64,000 bases of DNA from Laetmonice hystrix (taxonomy: Eukaryota), in assembly GCA_965235115.1 (NCBI GenBank), contig OZ249436.1, positions 3,412,001 to 3,476,000 of the forward strand. Reading direction: 5' to 3'. Position 1 is the first letter of the stretch. The number at the start of each line of letters is the position of its first letter. A program made the position numbers and the translations under genes. Under the pieces are notes generated by a model, which ran no database searches, was not told the origin of the DNA, and was given only the letters and a program-made list of their open reading frames with translations. Positions 11,937 to 22,348 of this stretch are shown piece after piece.

Positions 11937-13043
11937 ATGGAAAGATATCTGCAAAGACGGTATAACGACCCTTCACAACCAGGAAGTTTCCAGAGCTTAC
12001 AGAAACTTTATACAAGTGCTAAAAGGGATGGACAACACGACATTACAAGAAAGGACGTTCAGCAGTACCTGCAAAAGGACAATGCTTATACCTTAAACCG
12101 ACAAGCTATCACTAAATTCCCAAGAAACCGGGTGGTAGTTGAAGGGATAGACTCTCAGTGGGATGTGGATCTCGCTGATCTCTCGTTGTTGGTGAAGGAT
12201 AATGATCAGTACAAGTACTTTTTACTTGCCATAGATATATTTAGCCGATACGTTTGGGTGAAACCGTTGAAGACAAAATATGCCAAGGAGATTGTACGTG
12301 CTCTAGAATCCGTTTTTAAAGACGGAAGACAGCCACAGTCGGTTAGGACAGACGGTGGCAGGGAATTTCAAAATCGAGTAGTCAAATCGTTCCTGAAAGA
12401 TCGAGGGGTACATCTGTTTAGAACTTTTAATGAGACACAAGCCAACTATGCGGAACGTGCTATTAAAACGATCAAATCCAGGATGTATCGTTACCTGATC
12501 AGCAAAAACTCGCTTCGATACATTACCGTCCTTCAAGATCTGGTAAAAAGCTACAACAAAACTGTGCACAGGAGCCTTGGACGATCGCCCTCAGAAGTAA
12601 ACGGCAACAATGAATCTGAGGTCCGGCTCGATCAGTACCTCCTCAGGAGACCGCCAAGGAACGACGAAGACATTCCAAGGCAGCGCATCTGGTTTAAGAT
12701 CGGTGATCAGGTACGGATTTCCTTCAGACGGGAACCGTTTGATCGTGAATACAATCAGCGTTGGACGGGTGAAGTATTTGTTATATCTGACAGACGCCGA
12801 CGCCACGGGATCCCCATCTATAATTTAAAAGACTGGAACGATGAACCTATTAAAGGCACATTTTATCAACACCAGCTTCAAAAGGTCGATGTGAGCGACG
12901 AAGACAACTTCAAGATCGAAAAGGTGTTGAAACGTAGGAAAAGAAACGGGAAAAAACAAGTGCTTGTCAAGTGGTTGCACTGGCCCTCAAAGTTCAATCA
13001 GTGGATCGACGAAGACATGATCGATGACCCAGGAAATGGATGA
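11937..13043 (+). CDS. Retroviral-like (rve/DDE) integrase with C-terminal chromodomain (368 aa from ATG 11937)
   Basis: Catalytic motifs WDVDLAD, VRTDGGREF and YAERAIKTIK. Chromodomain FKIEKVLKRRKRNGKKQVLVKWLHWPSKFNQWI. Confidence 0.96.
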   Translation: MERYLQRRYNDPSQPGSFQSLQKLYTSAKRDGQHDITRKDVQQYLQKDNAYTLNRQAITKFPRNRVVVEGIDSQWDVDLADLSLLVKDNDQYKYFLLAIDIFSRYVWVKPLKTKYAKEIVRALESVFKDGRQPQSVRTDGGREFQNRVVKSFLKDRGVHLFRTFNETQANYAERAIKTIKSRMYRYLISKNSLRYITVLQDLVKSYNKTVHRSLGRSPSEVNGNNESEVRLDQYLLRRPPRNDEDIPRQRIWFKIGDQVRISFRREPFDREYNQRWTGEVFVISDRRRRHGIPIYNLKDWNDEPIKGTFYQHQLQKVDVSDEDNFKIEKVLKRRKRNGKKQVLVKWLHWPSKFNQWIDEDMIDDPGNG

Positions 13044-13446
13044 CTTTTTCCTGTTTCTTTCTAGTGACGATTCTTTGGACTACTTTCCGCACAATACGCC
13101 GGGGGCGTTTACCATAAAATTGCACGAAACAGTGCATCTACAAGATGGACCCTGGTTTTGTGCGCTGAGGTATTTGAAATGTAAATCGACGGGTCCCACA
13201 GACATATACGTCTTCTGCGATCTTGTTGTCGATAGCTACGTCAGGAACGGAAAGTTGCCCATTCTACAACATGCCGTGCAGCACACAAAACGACACGTTA
13301 GCGAAAGTTTTGATTCTGTCGTATCCTTTCGATTGTCAAGACAAGTCTTCAACACTCTGACCGTGTATATAAAGAACGATAAAATGAAGACACCGGCATT
13401 CACAAAAGAACCGACGCGCTGCACTCTTCACATCTTTAAAAAATGA
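13024..13446 (+). CDS. Minor capsid (penton-like, single jelly-roll) protein, 140 aa
   Basis: N-terminus FFLFLSSDDSLDYFPHNTPGAFTIKL...W.CAL, then IYVFCDLV.DSYV...LPIL, and C-terminal CTLHI, matching the Polinton penton pattern. Confidence 0.8.
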   Translation: MTQEMDDFFLFLSSDDSLDYFPHNTPGAFTIKLHETVHLQDGPWFCALRYLKCKSTGPTDIYVFCDLVVDSYVRNGKLPILQHAVQHTKRHVSESFDSVVSFRLSRQVFNTLTVYIKNDKMKTPAFTKEPTRCTLHIFKK

Positions 13447-13814
13447 ATGAGAAACCTACGTTAGAACAGTGGAAACAACATTTTCGAGACATGCAACGCG
13501 GAACGACTAAACCAGGGAACAATGGCATGTGGCGCGTGCGTCATTACACAGAGAAGTCCAAGGACAGTGGGAATCCAAGTAGGCCGGTGATAAACTTGGT
13601 ATCGCCGACCCAGATGGCAGTACAGCAAGCCAGCCTGAAAAACAGAAAGAGAAAACTGAACGGTCGTGCTTCAAAGACAGTTGCAAAGCGTGCAAAAATT
13701 GCGACTGCAAAAAAGGGGAAAAAGCCAAAGGTAATCGGAAGAAGAAAACAACCACCACTCAAAATTAAAAAGAGGGGGAAAACGCAGCCCCTCAGGCAAA
13801 AGGTCTGGTCGTAA
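13443..13814 (+). CDS. Small highly basic protein (123 aa), possible DNA-condensing core protein
   Basis: ATGA-coupled to the penton. K/R-rich C-terminal half. Lies between the penton and the MCP. Confidence 0.65.
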   Translation: MNEKPTLEQWKQHFRDMQRGTTKPGNNGMWRVRHYTEKSKDSGNPSRPVINLVSPTQMAVQQASLKNRKRKLNGRASKTVAKRAKIATAKKGKKPKVIGRRKQPPLKIKKRGKTQPLRQKVWS

Positions 13815-13906
13815 GGATATAAAAGGAAAGGCACACGCAAACGGGATGTCACAGGCAGATAAATCACCGATCCAAGCACACCTATCCAAGCTTCAAAAAG
13901 AGAATC

Positions 13907-15220
13907 ATGGCCGGGCACGGTGATAACGTGTCCCTGTTTTACACGCCAATCAGTGACAAGACCGTGGACAATGTTCAATGGATCGAACATAGGCCCGTCG
14001 GTCAGCTAAGCAGTGATGGGGCCTTGGAATTCAACGTGCCAGGAAATAGTTCAAAGTATGTAGATCTTGAGAACACACGGCTGAAAATCAAGCTGAGAAT
14101 AGTACAAGGAAACGGCAGCATGGTTCCAACTGGAGACAAGGGTGCAGCAACGCCTGCAATAGCCAAAGTAGGACCCGTGAACCTGACTTTGCAATCCCTT
14201 TGGCGCCAAGTCGACGTGAGTCTTCAGCAGCACATCATTTCTCCTGGAGTTGCTACCAAATATCCTTACAAGGCATACCTGGAGACGATTCTACAATACG
14301 GGGGTGACGCTAGAAGGACCCGGCTACAATCCCAACTGTTTTACAAGGACCAAGGAAACGCGGCTGAAAACGACCCTTTGGACGGTACAAATGCTGGACT
14401 TATTCAAAGAACCTTGCTGACCGTAGCAAGTCGGGTCGTGGACCTGGAAGGACCCGTTTACATGGACATTTGTCAACAAAACAGATACATCCTAAACGGT
14501 GTCACGATCAATTTCAAATTTTGGCCATGCAACAACCAGTTCAGACTCATGAGCTCGAACCCCACTGCCGATTACAAGATTGAAATCTTAGAAGCGGCTC
14601 TACAGGTGTGCATGATAGACGTTTCTTCTGATGTCATGATTGCCCATGCCGAGGCCTTGAAAGAGGGCCCGGCGAAATACTTTTTTGAGCGTACCGACAT
14701 GAAGTCTTTTGCGATAGCCCAGGGACAATACGGGTGCTCTCTGGAGAACATTTATCAAGGAGAGGTTCCAAGTCAAGTCATCGTAGGACTGGTGTCGTCT
14801 GAAGGATTTATGGGGAGCTTTTCGAAAAACCCGTTTGACTTTAGACCTTATGCATGTAACTTTATCGGATTCTATGTGGACGGGAAAAGCCAGCCGAGCG
14901 AACCGTTGACGCCAAACTACAAAGGCGGGAATTATGTGTCGGCATATCTGTCGACCTTTGGAGATTTCCACAAAAAGGATTTCGGTAATGCCATTTCAAG
15001 AGAGGACTATACAAACGGATATACTTTGTACGTTTTTGATGTGTGTCAAAACCATTGCGAAAAGTTTTCTCAGCATACCAAGAAAGGACATACTAGATTA
15101 GAAGTGAAATTCGCTGAAGCACTACCCGAGGCCGTCACTCTTGTCATGATGGCTAAGTTCCCTAACGTTCTGCACATTGATCAGGCCCGTAACGTTCAAG
15201 TTATTACGTCTCAGCATTAA
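13907..15220 (+). CDS. Major capsid protein (double jelly-roll, Polinton PY type), 437 aa
   Basis: Motifs LEFNVPG..YVDL..TRL, SLWRQVDVSL, YPYKAYLETIL, P.QVIVGLV...F.GSFSKNPFDF, GYTLYVFD and RLEVKFAEALP. TATAAAAG at 13818-13825 upstream. Confidence 0.93.
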   Translation: MAGHGDNVSLFYTPISDKTVDNVQWIEHRPVGQLSSDGALEFNVPGNSSKYVDLENTRLKIKLRIVQGNGSMVPTGDKGAATPAIAKVGPVNLTLQSLWRQVDVSLQQHIISPGVATKYPYKAYLETILQYGGDARRTRLQSQLFYKDQGNAAENDPLDGTNAGLIQRTLLTVASRVVDLEGPVYMDICQQNRYILNGVTINFKFWPCNNQFRLMSSNPTADYKIEILEAALQVCMIDVSSDVMIAHAEALKEGPAKYFFERTDMKSFAIAQGQYGCSLENIYQGEVPSQVIVGLVSSEGFMGSFSKNPFDFRPYACNFIGFYVDGKSQPSEPLTPNYKGGNYVSAYLSTFGDFHKKDFGNAISREDYTNGYTLYVFDVCQNHCEKFSQHTKKGHTRLEVKFAEALPEAVTLVMMAKFPNVLHIDQARNVQVITSQH

Positions 15221-15653
15221 ATCATTAAATCTAAAAACACTTGGGAGTAAGTGTCTAGTCTAGTAACAACTAGAAGCAGTAGTTAGAATTCAATGTATTT
15301 TTATTATCATCATCGTCACCCAACCTCTTGTCTTCTTCCGTCATGTTAACAAATGTTAACACCAAATTGTAACAACAAGATAACTGGTTAATAAAAAGAA
15401 ATCATTGTATTTTGTTTTTCTTTGCATTCTTATTAACAACAATGCCCAGGTGGGTCATTTGCACTAGCCAATGACACTCACCGTTATACACAAAAGTGTT
15501 ATTACATAAAATGTTATTACATTATTACATATTACATGGGTCAATTGTACTAACCAATGACATAAGAGTGAAAAAAGTTAACAACTAGTTGTAACACCAA
15601 GATAACCGGAATCGAGTACAGTGGTCATAGGGGGAAAAGTTATACACACGAGT

Positions 15654-15716
15654 GACACACACACACACACCTCCACACACACACCTCCACACACACCTCC
15701 ACACACACACACACAC
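15654..15716 (+). repeat. (CA)n microsatellite between the convergent MCP and PolB 3' ends
   Basis: ACACAC tract with CTCC interruptions. Confidence 0.9.
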
Positions 15717-15729
15717 ATAAAAAAAGGAG

Positions 15730-18700
15730 CTAATACCCATACGGTAACGTGTCAAGATTGGGTTGTATCACCCTTTTAGTGTAAACCATACGATATTTCT
15801 TGTCTTCCACCTTGTTAAATATTTTGAAGGAACGCGGGTCTCTGCTAATTTTGGAGGGGTTTGTGATCCTGACTGTTTGTACCCCTTGTGGTTCACACAC
15901 CGTGCTTTTTAAAACATTAAAATTTATCTTTTTTGAATTACTGTAATTTAAAGTAAATCCTCGGACTTTGCACACTTCTTTGCCCGAGGCCGTCACGTAA
16001 GCATAATTTTTAGGTCCGGCAGACACATATTCAGTAATGTAATCCCCATCCAGTTCGTCAGTCAAATCTCCCAGATAATCCCCCGTTGGAGGGTCGTACT
16101 CGCCCTCCTTCGACACGTACATGACCGAGTCAGTGTCGAAATAACACAAGCGCCTTCCAATTTTATCGAGGACATCGTACAACTTTAATCTTGCCCAACA
16201 GGTGGTAAATGAGGCGAGAAAAACGTTTGTGCTGTTGTCGGGACCGCGGCAGTCGCTTGAATCGCGGTACTTGAGGTGAAGCATGTCCGAACTGACGATC
16301 GTAAAGTCAATCACCTCTTTTGTGGGATCAGTGAGGAGGGAATAAAAAAGACAGGCTTCAGAATCATGAATGAATTGCGATCTAGGGCGATTAAGACGTT
16401 GGCCAAATTTTCCCCAAAAACTGTTGAGGCATAGCTTCGCCAAAGAGCGCAATCCGGGGTTCTTTCTGATAGAATCGTAATGTAACTCTATCCCTTCATG
16501 ATCCCGATATTGGTTAATATACTGTCGTTTCTGGTCTTCGGTTTTACACCATTGCGGCCAGTCAGAGGCCTGCTGTTTGATTTTCAGGAATGTGTCTATA
16601 TATTCCTGGAAAAGGCCTGGTGTCTTACCATCTTTACTACATGTGACGGTGTCTTCCCAGTGATACACCTCGTACACTTTTACGATGGTGTATCCTTTCT
16701 CTAACGCTCGCCACAGTTCGGGGGTGCACCACGTGCCTGTTAACGCTCTTTCGTCATCAGAGCAAGCACAAACAGTCGTAAGTTCTCTGTCTGCACAGGT
16801 ACGACACAACGGGAACTTTAGTTTGCCGTTTGACCTGTACGGGAGAACCGGACTGTACAGCCCATGGGGTGGCAGGACTTTCACCTTGGCAATGCCGAAA
16901 TAGGATGTCAAGTCTTTGTCAACTTTGTCCATGGTCAAAATGGTGGGGTGCCCTCGGGGGTATGTCGCATATTTGTTCACGCTCGGGTAAAGACTGGTAA
17001 AATCGACATACTTTATCCGCTCCCCATCCTGAACTTTGTAATAGAGTTTACTGGCGTTAGTCCTGCCGCCGAAAAAGGAATCTCGGGGGTTTAATCTGGG
17101 TTGAACGTCCAGAGATTTGACAAAATCTCTCAGGATTGGATTTTGGGAATTTTCCCTTCGAAACTCACATTCCCACTTGGAACGGTAACTGTATCCCAAG
17201 CTACGGACGTGAGCTTCCCTTGTGAGGGTCAACGTGTGCAACTCGGATGTGGTTTGTCGGGTTAGAGGATGTCTCGTTGTTCTGTCAGGAAAACAACGAG
17301 GACATCCGTGAAAAACACACCCTAAAAATTCAAAGATTGTGTTTGTGGCAGGCTCGAATCCGTCTGCTCGGTAGGACGTGCCAGGTATTCTGAACTCGTC
17401 CCCATTCAGTGCATGCCGAATGGTCCGACCCTCACTGTGGACGAGCCATTCCAGCCACTGAATGGACACGTGGCTGTACTGATCTCTGCTATAACCATGT
17501 GTTGGCACTTGGGCAATGTCGGAAGATTCAAACTTCGAGAAAATCACGTCCCAGTCCTGACAAACCTGGGTAGCGCTCATCCAACAGTCGTGGATATAGT
17601 ACAGCCAAGAGTTGTCCTGCAGGCAGGCCTCCACACACAATTGGTCACCCGTTATTTTGTGTTTCAGATTAACGATGTGTTTTTCCTTCAAATGTTTGGT
17701 CTTAAAGACCGCCATGCACACTGAAGCTATTGTCACATACTGAAAAGGATCAACAGCCCCTGCCAAAGAGTCGTCGTCGGAGCTTGTGGTTACGGCAAGG
17801 AGTAAATTTCGAAATTTCATGCATGCTTCACGGAGAATCGTGACGTCAGAAATGCAATATTCTTTCATTTCTTTTCTGAAATCAAAAACTCGGCCGCTCT
17901 GCTGAGCATGCCATCCTAGAAACTCGCCTCTCTCTTTTGACGACATGTGGGCAACTCCGTAATCTTCAATGTCAGGATAGTTGCCCACATAGTGTTGGTT
18001 TTCCACTCTGTTAAACAGGTGAGGAAAATGACCCTTCTTTAGCTCAGCTAAATCAAAAGCTTTTGGTAGAGCAGAAAGCTTCATCGGGAAATAATTTAAG
18101 GAATCTAGGATCCTGATGTTCAACCCTTTGCCCACAGACATGTACATTATTTTTGAACCGTTATAAATTAGGGAATCGGGTCGAATGGATTGGCTAATTA
18201 GATATTCCAGAACGAAATATCCGTCATAACCACGCATGTTGTGGGCTAGGAGAGTGAACCCCCTGTGCTGAACGTTAAACACATACTCTCCAAAACTGTG
18301 AGCTGTGGTATCACCCTCAAAAATGCGCTGTCGAGCACCACATCCATCACATGGAAGACCAGCAAACGACTGAGATTCCCTATCCCACTTGTTGCACTGA
18401 CTACACCGATCGCCGCAGATCTCGCATGCCTCACTGATCGGGGAGTTTTGACACGCGTGACACGTCTTCTGGATTACGATATAATTTGGTACGTGAAAGT
18501 TTCTGCCACAGGAGGGATCCTGACAGTTTTGGCAAGTCCGACATGTGGCACACAATTCCCGCTTACCCACACAACCAGTGCACAAAAGCTTTTTCCGGGA
18601 ATAACCTCCAGAACACTCAAAAACACTGTCTTGACGACACTCAAAATCGAAAAACATAAATTTTGCCTTGGTCAGGTCCTTGTTCGGCGGAAGGGCACGG

Positions 18701-19989
18701 TGGAAACACAGGTGGTCCCCCGAAACGTACTGGTTACAGGTGCGGCAAAACCATTCCCCACATTTGTGTTTAGCAACGTGTCGCTTCTGCCGATCAACGA
18801 CGGCCTTGCAAGAAACACAACGCCACCAGCGTTGACATTGAGAGATTTCAGTATTCTTTTGGGGGTTTCTTTTTTTTGTTTGGGGAATTTTCTTGTGTCG
18901 GGCAAAACAGGCCTCACTCCTACACGTCATGTTACAATCTTGACAAACCACTGTACTGTCGGTCTGTGGACACCGTGTGGACTTGCAAACATTGCAGGTG
19001 GTGAGGCACGAATGCCTCTCTCTATTCTGGTAGGGCTTGAGACAGGCCTCGCAGAAATAGGAGTGGCAGAAAAAGCCTGCAATGTTTGCAATGGAGTGAA
19101 AGTGACCCTCCCCTTCAACGTCATCGACAAAATACAAATACAGCCGTTTTTTGGTTGATGGCGTTAAAGGCTGCTTTTCTTGTTGTGGGGGTATGCGGAG
19201 AAATTGGTTCCCCAGACGAGCGCTGAGGACAAAGATGTCCACACCGAGGACCTGCTCAAATTTGGAGATGTCATTGAGACATGCAGGTCCATCGGTGGAC
19301 ACCCCCGCCATTCCACATATCTTTCTTGCCAGCTTTTCTTGATCCCTCCTATCGCTGCGTTTAACATTTTGGTAATACCACTGAGGGACCTGATTATACC
19401 TTAACATAATGTTTAGCGTGTCTCGGGTGGTCAATCCGCGTGTCAAGACTCCCCATACTTGCGGGGACACAACGTGGGCTTTGGTCCACGATACACCTAT
19501 GGCGCGGGCAAGACAAAGGTGATCGGCATTAACAATTTCTACCAGAGACCTCTTTCTGTGAATAGAATTGTCCTCGCCCGATAACTGGGTGAGCTGCATC
19601 CGATCACCGTAACCACCTATGGGCATTTCTATTGTGCCGATGTCCACTCTAAAATTTTCGTCGATTGCCAAATCTTTTTCACTGTTCTCGACATTTTCGA
19701 CGGTGTCATGGATGTCTTCGATCTCCAACCTTTCTATGGGGCGAAGGGGTACAACGATTGGACTGTCCAAACTAGGATGGTGGATTACAATGCGAATAAG
19801 GTCCGTACCTTTAAGATGGTCGGCAGCTTCTGACACCATGTCGCCAAACACATTGCGTAGGGAACGGTGCACCTCAGACGGTTTACGACCTTGCATATGC
19901 GCTTGATTTATTTTAACTTCATAGGTTGTGTCCCGCGCACCGTTACACTTGAAAGTCCGGGTGCTCCGCTGCCTCAATGTGTATGGCTC
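15730..19989 (-). CDS. Protein-primed family B DNA polymerase, main (last) exon, 1419 aa
   Basis: ExoI FFDFEC, ExoII AHNMRGYDGYF, ExoIII YCISDV; polymerase motifs VDFTSLYP, KLCLNSFWGKFG and YFDTDS. Also Cys-rich Zn-finger regions, a VSR-like insert (RADGF...EFLGCVFHGC) and an OTU-like Cys/His pair (DHLCLARAI...GHF). A splice acceptor (TTCTTACAG) ends at 19990. Confidence 0.95.
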   Translation of the reverse strand, partial: EPYTLRQRSTRTFKCNGARDTTYEVKINQAHMQGRKPSEVHRSLRNVFGDMVSEAADHLKGTDLIRIVIHHPSLDSPIVVPLRPIERLEIEDIHDTVENVENSEKDLAIDENFRVDIGTIEMPIGGYGDRMQLTQLSGEDNSIHRKRSLVEIVNADHLCLARAIGVSWTKAHVVSPQVWGVLTRGLTTRDTLNIMLRYNQVPQWYYQNVKRSDRRDQEKLARKICGMAGVSTDGPACLNDISKFEQVLGVDIFVLSARLGNQFLRIPPQQEKQPLTPSTKKRLYLYFVDDVEGEGHFHSIANIAGFFCHSYFCEACLKPYQNRERHSCLTTCNVCKSTRCPQTDSTVVCQDCNMTCRSEACFARHKKIPQTKKRNPQKNTEISQCQRWWRCVSCKAVVDRQKRHVAKHKCGEWFCRTCNQYVSGDHLCFHRALPPNKDLTKAKFMFFDFECRQDSVFECSGGYSRKKLLCTGCVGKRELCATCRTCQNCQDPSCGRNFHVPNYIVIQKTCHACQNSPISEACEICGDRCSQCNKWDRESQSFAGLPCDGCGARQRIFEGDTTAHSFGEYVFNVQHRGFTLLAHNMRGYDGYFVLEYLISQSIRPDSLIYNGSKIMYMSVGKGLNIRILDSLNYFPMKLSALPKAFDLAELKKGHFPHLFNRVENQHYVGNYPDIEDYGVAHMSSKERGEFLGWHAQQSGRVFDFRKEMKEYCISDVTILREACMKFRNLLLAVTTSSDDDSLAGAVDPFQYVTIASVCMAVFKTKHLKEKHIVNLKHKITGDQLCVEACLQDNSWLYYIHDCWMSATQVCQDWDVIFSKFESSDIAQVPTHGYSRDQYSHVSIQWLEWLVHSEGRTIRHALNGDEFRIPGTSYRADGFEPATNTIFEFLGCVFHGCPRCFPDRTTRHPLTRQTTSELHTLTLTREAHVRSLGYSYRSKWECEFRRENSQNPILRDFVKSLDVQPRLNPRDSFFGGRTNASKLYYKVQDGERIKYVDFTSLYPSVNKYATYPRGHPTILTMDKVDKDLTSYFGIAKVKVLPPHGLYSPVLPYRSNGKLKFPLCRTCADRELTTVCACSDDERALTGTWCTPELWRALEKGYTIVKVYEVYHWEDTVTCSKDGKTPGLFQEYIDTFLKIKQQASDWPQWCKTEDQKRQYINQYRDHEGIELHYDSIRKNPGLRSLAKLCLNSFWGKFGQRLNRPRSQFIHDSEACLFYSLLTDPTKEVIDFTIVSSDMLHLKYRDSSDCRGPDNSTNVFLASFTTCWARLKLYDVLDKIGRRLCYFDTDSVMYVSKEGEYDPPTGDYLGDLTDELDGDYITEYVSAGPKNYAYVTASGKEVCKVRGFTLNYSNSKKINFNVLKSTVCEPQGVQTVRITNPSKISRDPRSFKIFNKVEDKKYRMVYTKRVIQPNLDTLPYGY

Positions 19990-20134
19990 CTGTAAGAAAC
20001 GAATGCACACGAATTGTAAACAGCGTGTCTTTATTACTGCGTCTTCTTTATCGCAATGTACAATAATGTAAGTGAAGTATAAATAAATAAATAAATAAAA
20101 AAATAAATAAAAAAATAAATAAATAAATAAATAC

Positions 20135-20869
20135 CATGGTATCAGCATCATCGCTGTCCTCATCGGTTCCCGAGAAACCAGCGACATAGGGGAGGGTCAT
20201 CGGCTGGAACAAGGGATAAAACACAACCTATTTACACAGGCGAAATATATTGAGTATTTCACGTATTTATTATTATTTATTTATTTATTTCAATTTTTAT
20301 TATCATTACTATTATGAAGAAAGAAAAGTGGTGACGTAAGGCGTAAGACGTACCACGTAACACAACTTGAGACTGTTTTTACCTCGAATGTTGAGTTTCC
20401 TGTACCGGGACCTTCGGGAGACCATCCCGAAGGTCCCGGTACGGAAGACTCCACCGAGTATCCCGACTGAGGGGACCCAGCCGAAGGGCCAGTCACGGGA
20501 GACAGCGTCGAGGGTCCTGGAGACATAATCAACTGTCGTGGAGAGAAAAAAAAAATCAAATGAGGTAAAATAATAAAAAAAGATGAATGGATGAATGAAT
20601 GAATGAATGAATGAATGAATGAATAAAGTAATCCTTATGTATTACTTATAAAGTAAAGTGGTCCTTACCAGGTCTTCTCCTCTTAGCAACCGTTCCAAGA
20701 TGCTCTTGGCTCGTTTAGGAGGAGGATGTTGTCTGTCAGACTCGCAGTCTGGCTTCCTTTTCCGTGTTGTCTGAAACAATTTAAATTCATTTTACTTGAA
20801 TAATTTCATGTTTTTAATTTAATGTCTTATTTAATATTCGTCGTCTTCTTCATCTTCTTCTTCTTGTTC

Positions 20870-20905
<36 letters not shown>

Positions 20906-22159
20906 AGTACCTTCTCCTCCTGCATGCTTTTCACCTCCTCCACCGCCTTGCTTGTCTCCTCCACCGTCATTGTTGCATCTTTTTCCTCCTGCCGAAATTC
21001 AGCGTCCCAACTCACCTCCTCAACGATATCGATATCGTTCTGAAACGATGGTGCACGCAAGTCAATAAACACCTCAAGGTAGAGTTTAAAACTATGGCTT
21101 GTCACAGCGAGAATAGTTAAATAGCGAAAATTATAATAATAAAATTGATAGAAAAACTAATATAACTAATACCTCTTCCTCCTTCTCTTGGTCAAATTCC
21201 GAGTCCCAATCAACTCCCTCGACTAAGGCCTCGATATCGATATCGTTCTGAAACGACGGTGCACGCACGTCAATAAACACCTCAAGGTAGAGTTTAAAAC
21301 TATGGCTTGTCAGCGAAAATAGTTAAATAGCGAAAATAATAATAATAAAATTGATAGAAAAACTAATATAACTAATACCTCCTGCTCTTTCTCCTGTTCG
21401 AAGTCCGAGTCCCAATCGACTCCCTCGACAAGTGCATCGATATCAATATCGACGGTTGTATTGTTTGGCGCCTCATTTAAGTTGTCAGAAAATGAGGCGC
21501 CATGATCGATCGGAGTCGGATCAGTCTGAAACAATCACGTGTTTGTAACAATAAACTCCGAAACAAAGAATGCATAGATGTAAGTCTGTGCAAACAAATG
21601 TTTGTAAAACTCAATAATTCCATTATTTCCAACAAGAGCTGGATATCCATTCTATGTGTGGACTACCATCCTTACCGGAGTGTCGGGTGCCTCCGCCCCC
21701 CAGTCTATAGTGTCCAGCAAAGCTGCCACCTCTGCTGGATCAAAGTTCTGAAAGTCAAATCAAATGAAGGTTGAGCAGACAGTTAGAGATTTAGAGATTA
21801 TCACATATCTGCTATGCTCTGAACGCACAAGCGTAAGTAAAAGACCTAGCCTGCCCACCTGTCGTCACGCCAACGACTCCGTCACTGACCTTACTTGACC
21901 CCCACTTGACCCTAACACGTCCCCCATCACACTACCCTAGTAGCGCTCCATTACAGACCTTGATAGCACATACAGCCATAGGCTTACGTGTGGGGGTGTG
22001 GGTGGGTGGGTGTGTGTGGGTGCGTGTGTGGGTGTGGGTGTGTGTGGGTGGGTGGGTGTAACCGTTTTAAATAAGAAAAGTCAATGAGTTTACCTGGATA
22101 TCGGTGCTGCTGCTCATGTTAACGAGCTCTTGATCAATCCAGTCAAGAATACCATCCAT
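20135..22159 (-). CDS. Eight predicted upstream coding exons of the PolB gene: 22159-22094, 21747-21676, 21525-21379, 21247-21173, 21039-20911, 20770-20669, 20532-20383, 20203-20135 (270 aa)
   Basis: Each exon is bounded by YAG and GTA, has a length divisible by 3 and is stop-free. The chain starts at ATG 22159 and joins in frame to 19989. Introns are mostly AT-rich or contain microsatellites. Confidence 0.8.
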
Positions 22160-22348
22160 CTGTAAGAATAAAAATGTTTATATATTCTCTCAGTATATAT
22201 CCTAGACATAATGGTACTTCCATTCAGTTCACAGAGAAACATTCTTCGAGACAGATCTTGGTTAGGTCAACGAGAGTCTCGTTAGTTAGGTCAACCATAT
22301 CAAGATTTATATCAATATTTATAAGAATACAGTTAAGCTAAAACAATC

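Noticed and set aside
18265..19158. 297-aa plus-strand ORF
   Set aside because: Antisense shadow of the PolB coding region with no motifs.
19990..20187. ORF-track N-terminus of PolB (MSLVSREP...YLFIYLFF)
   Set aside because: It translates an (AAAT)n microsatellite lying inside a GT-AG intron. The upstream exon is read in a different frame.
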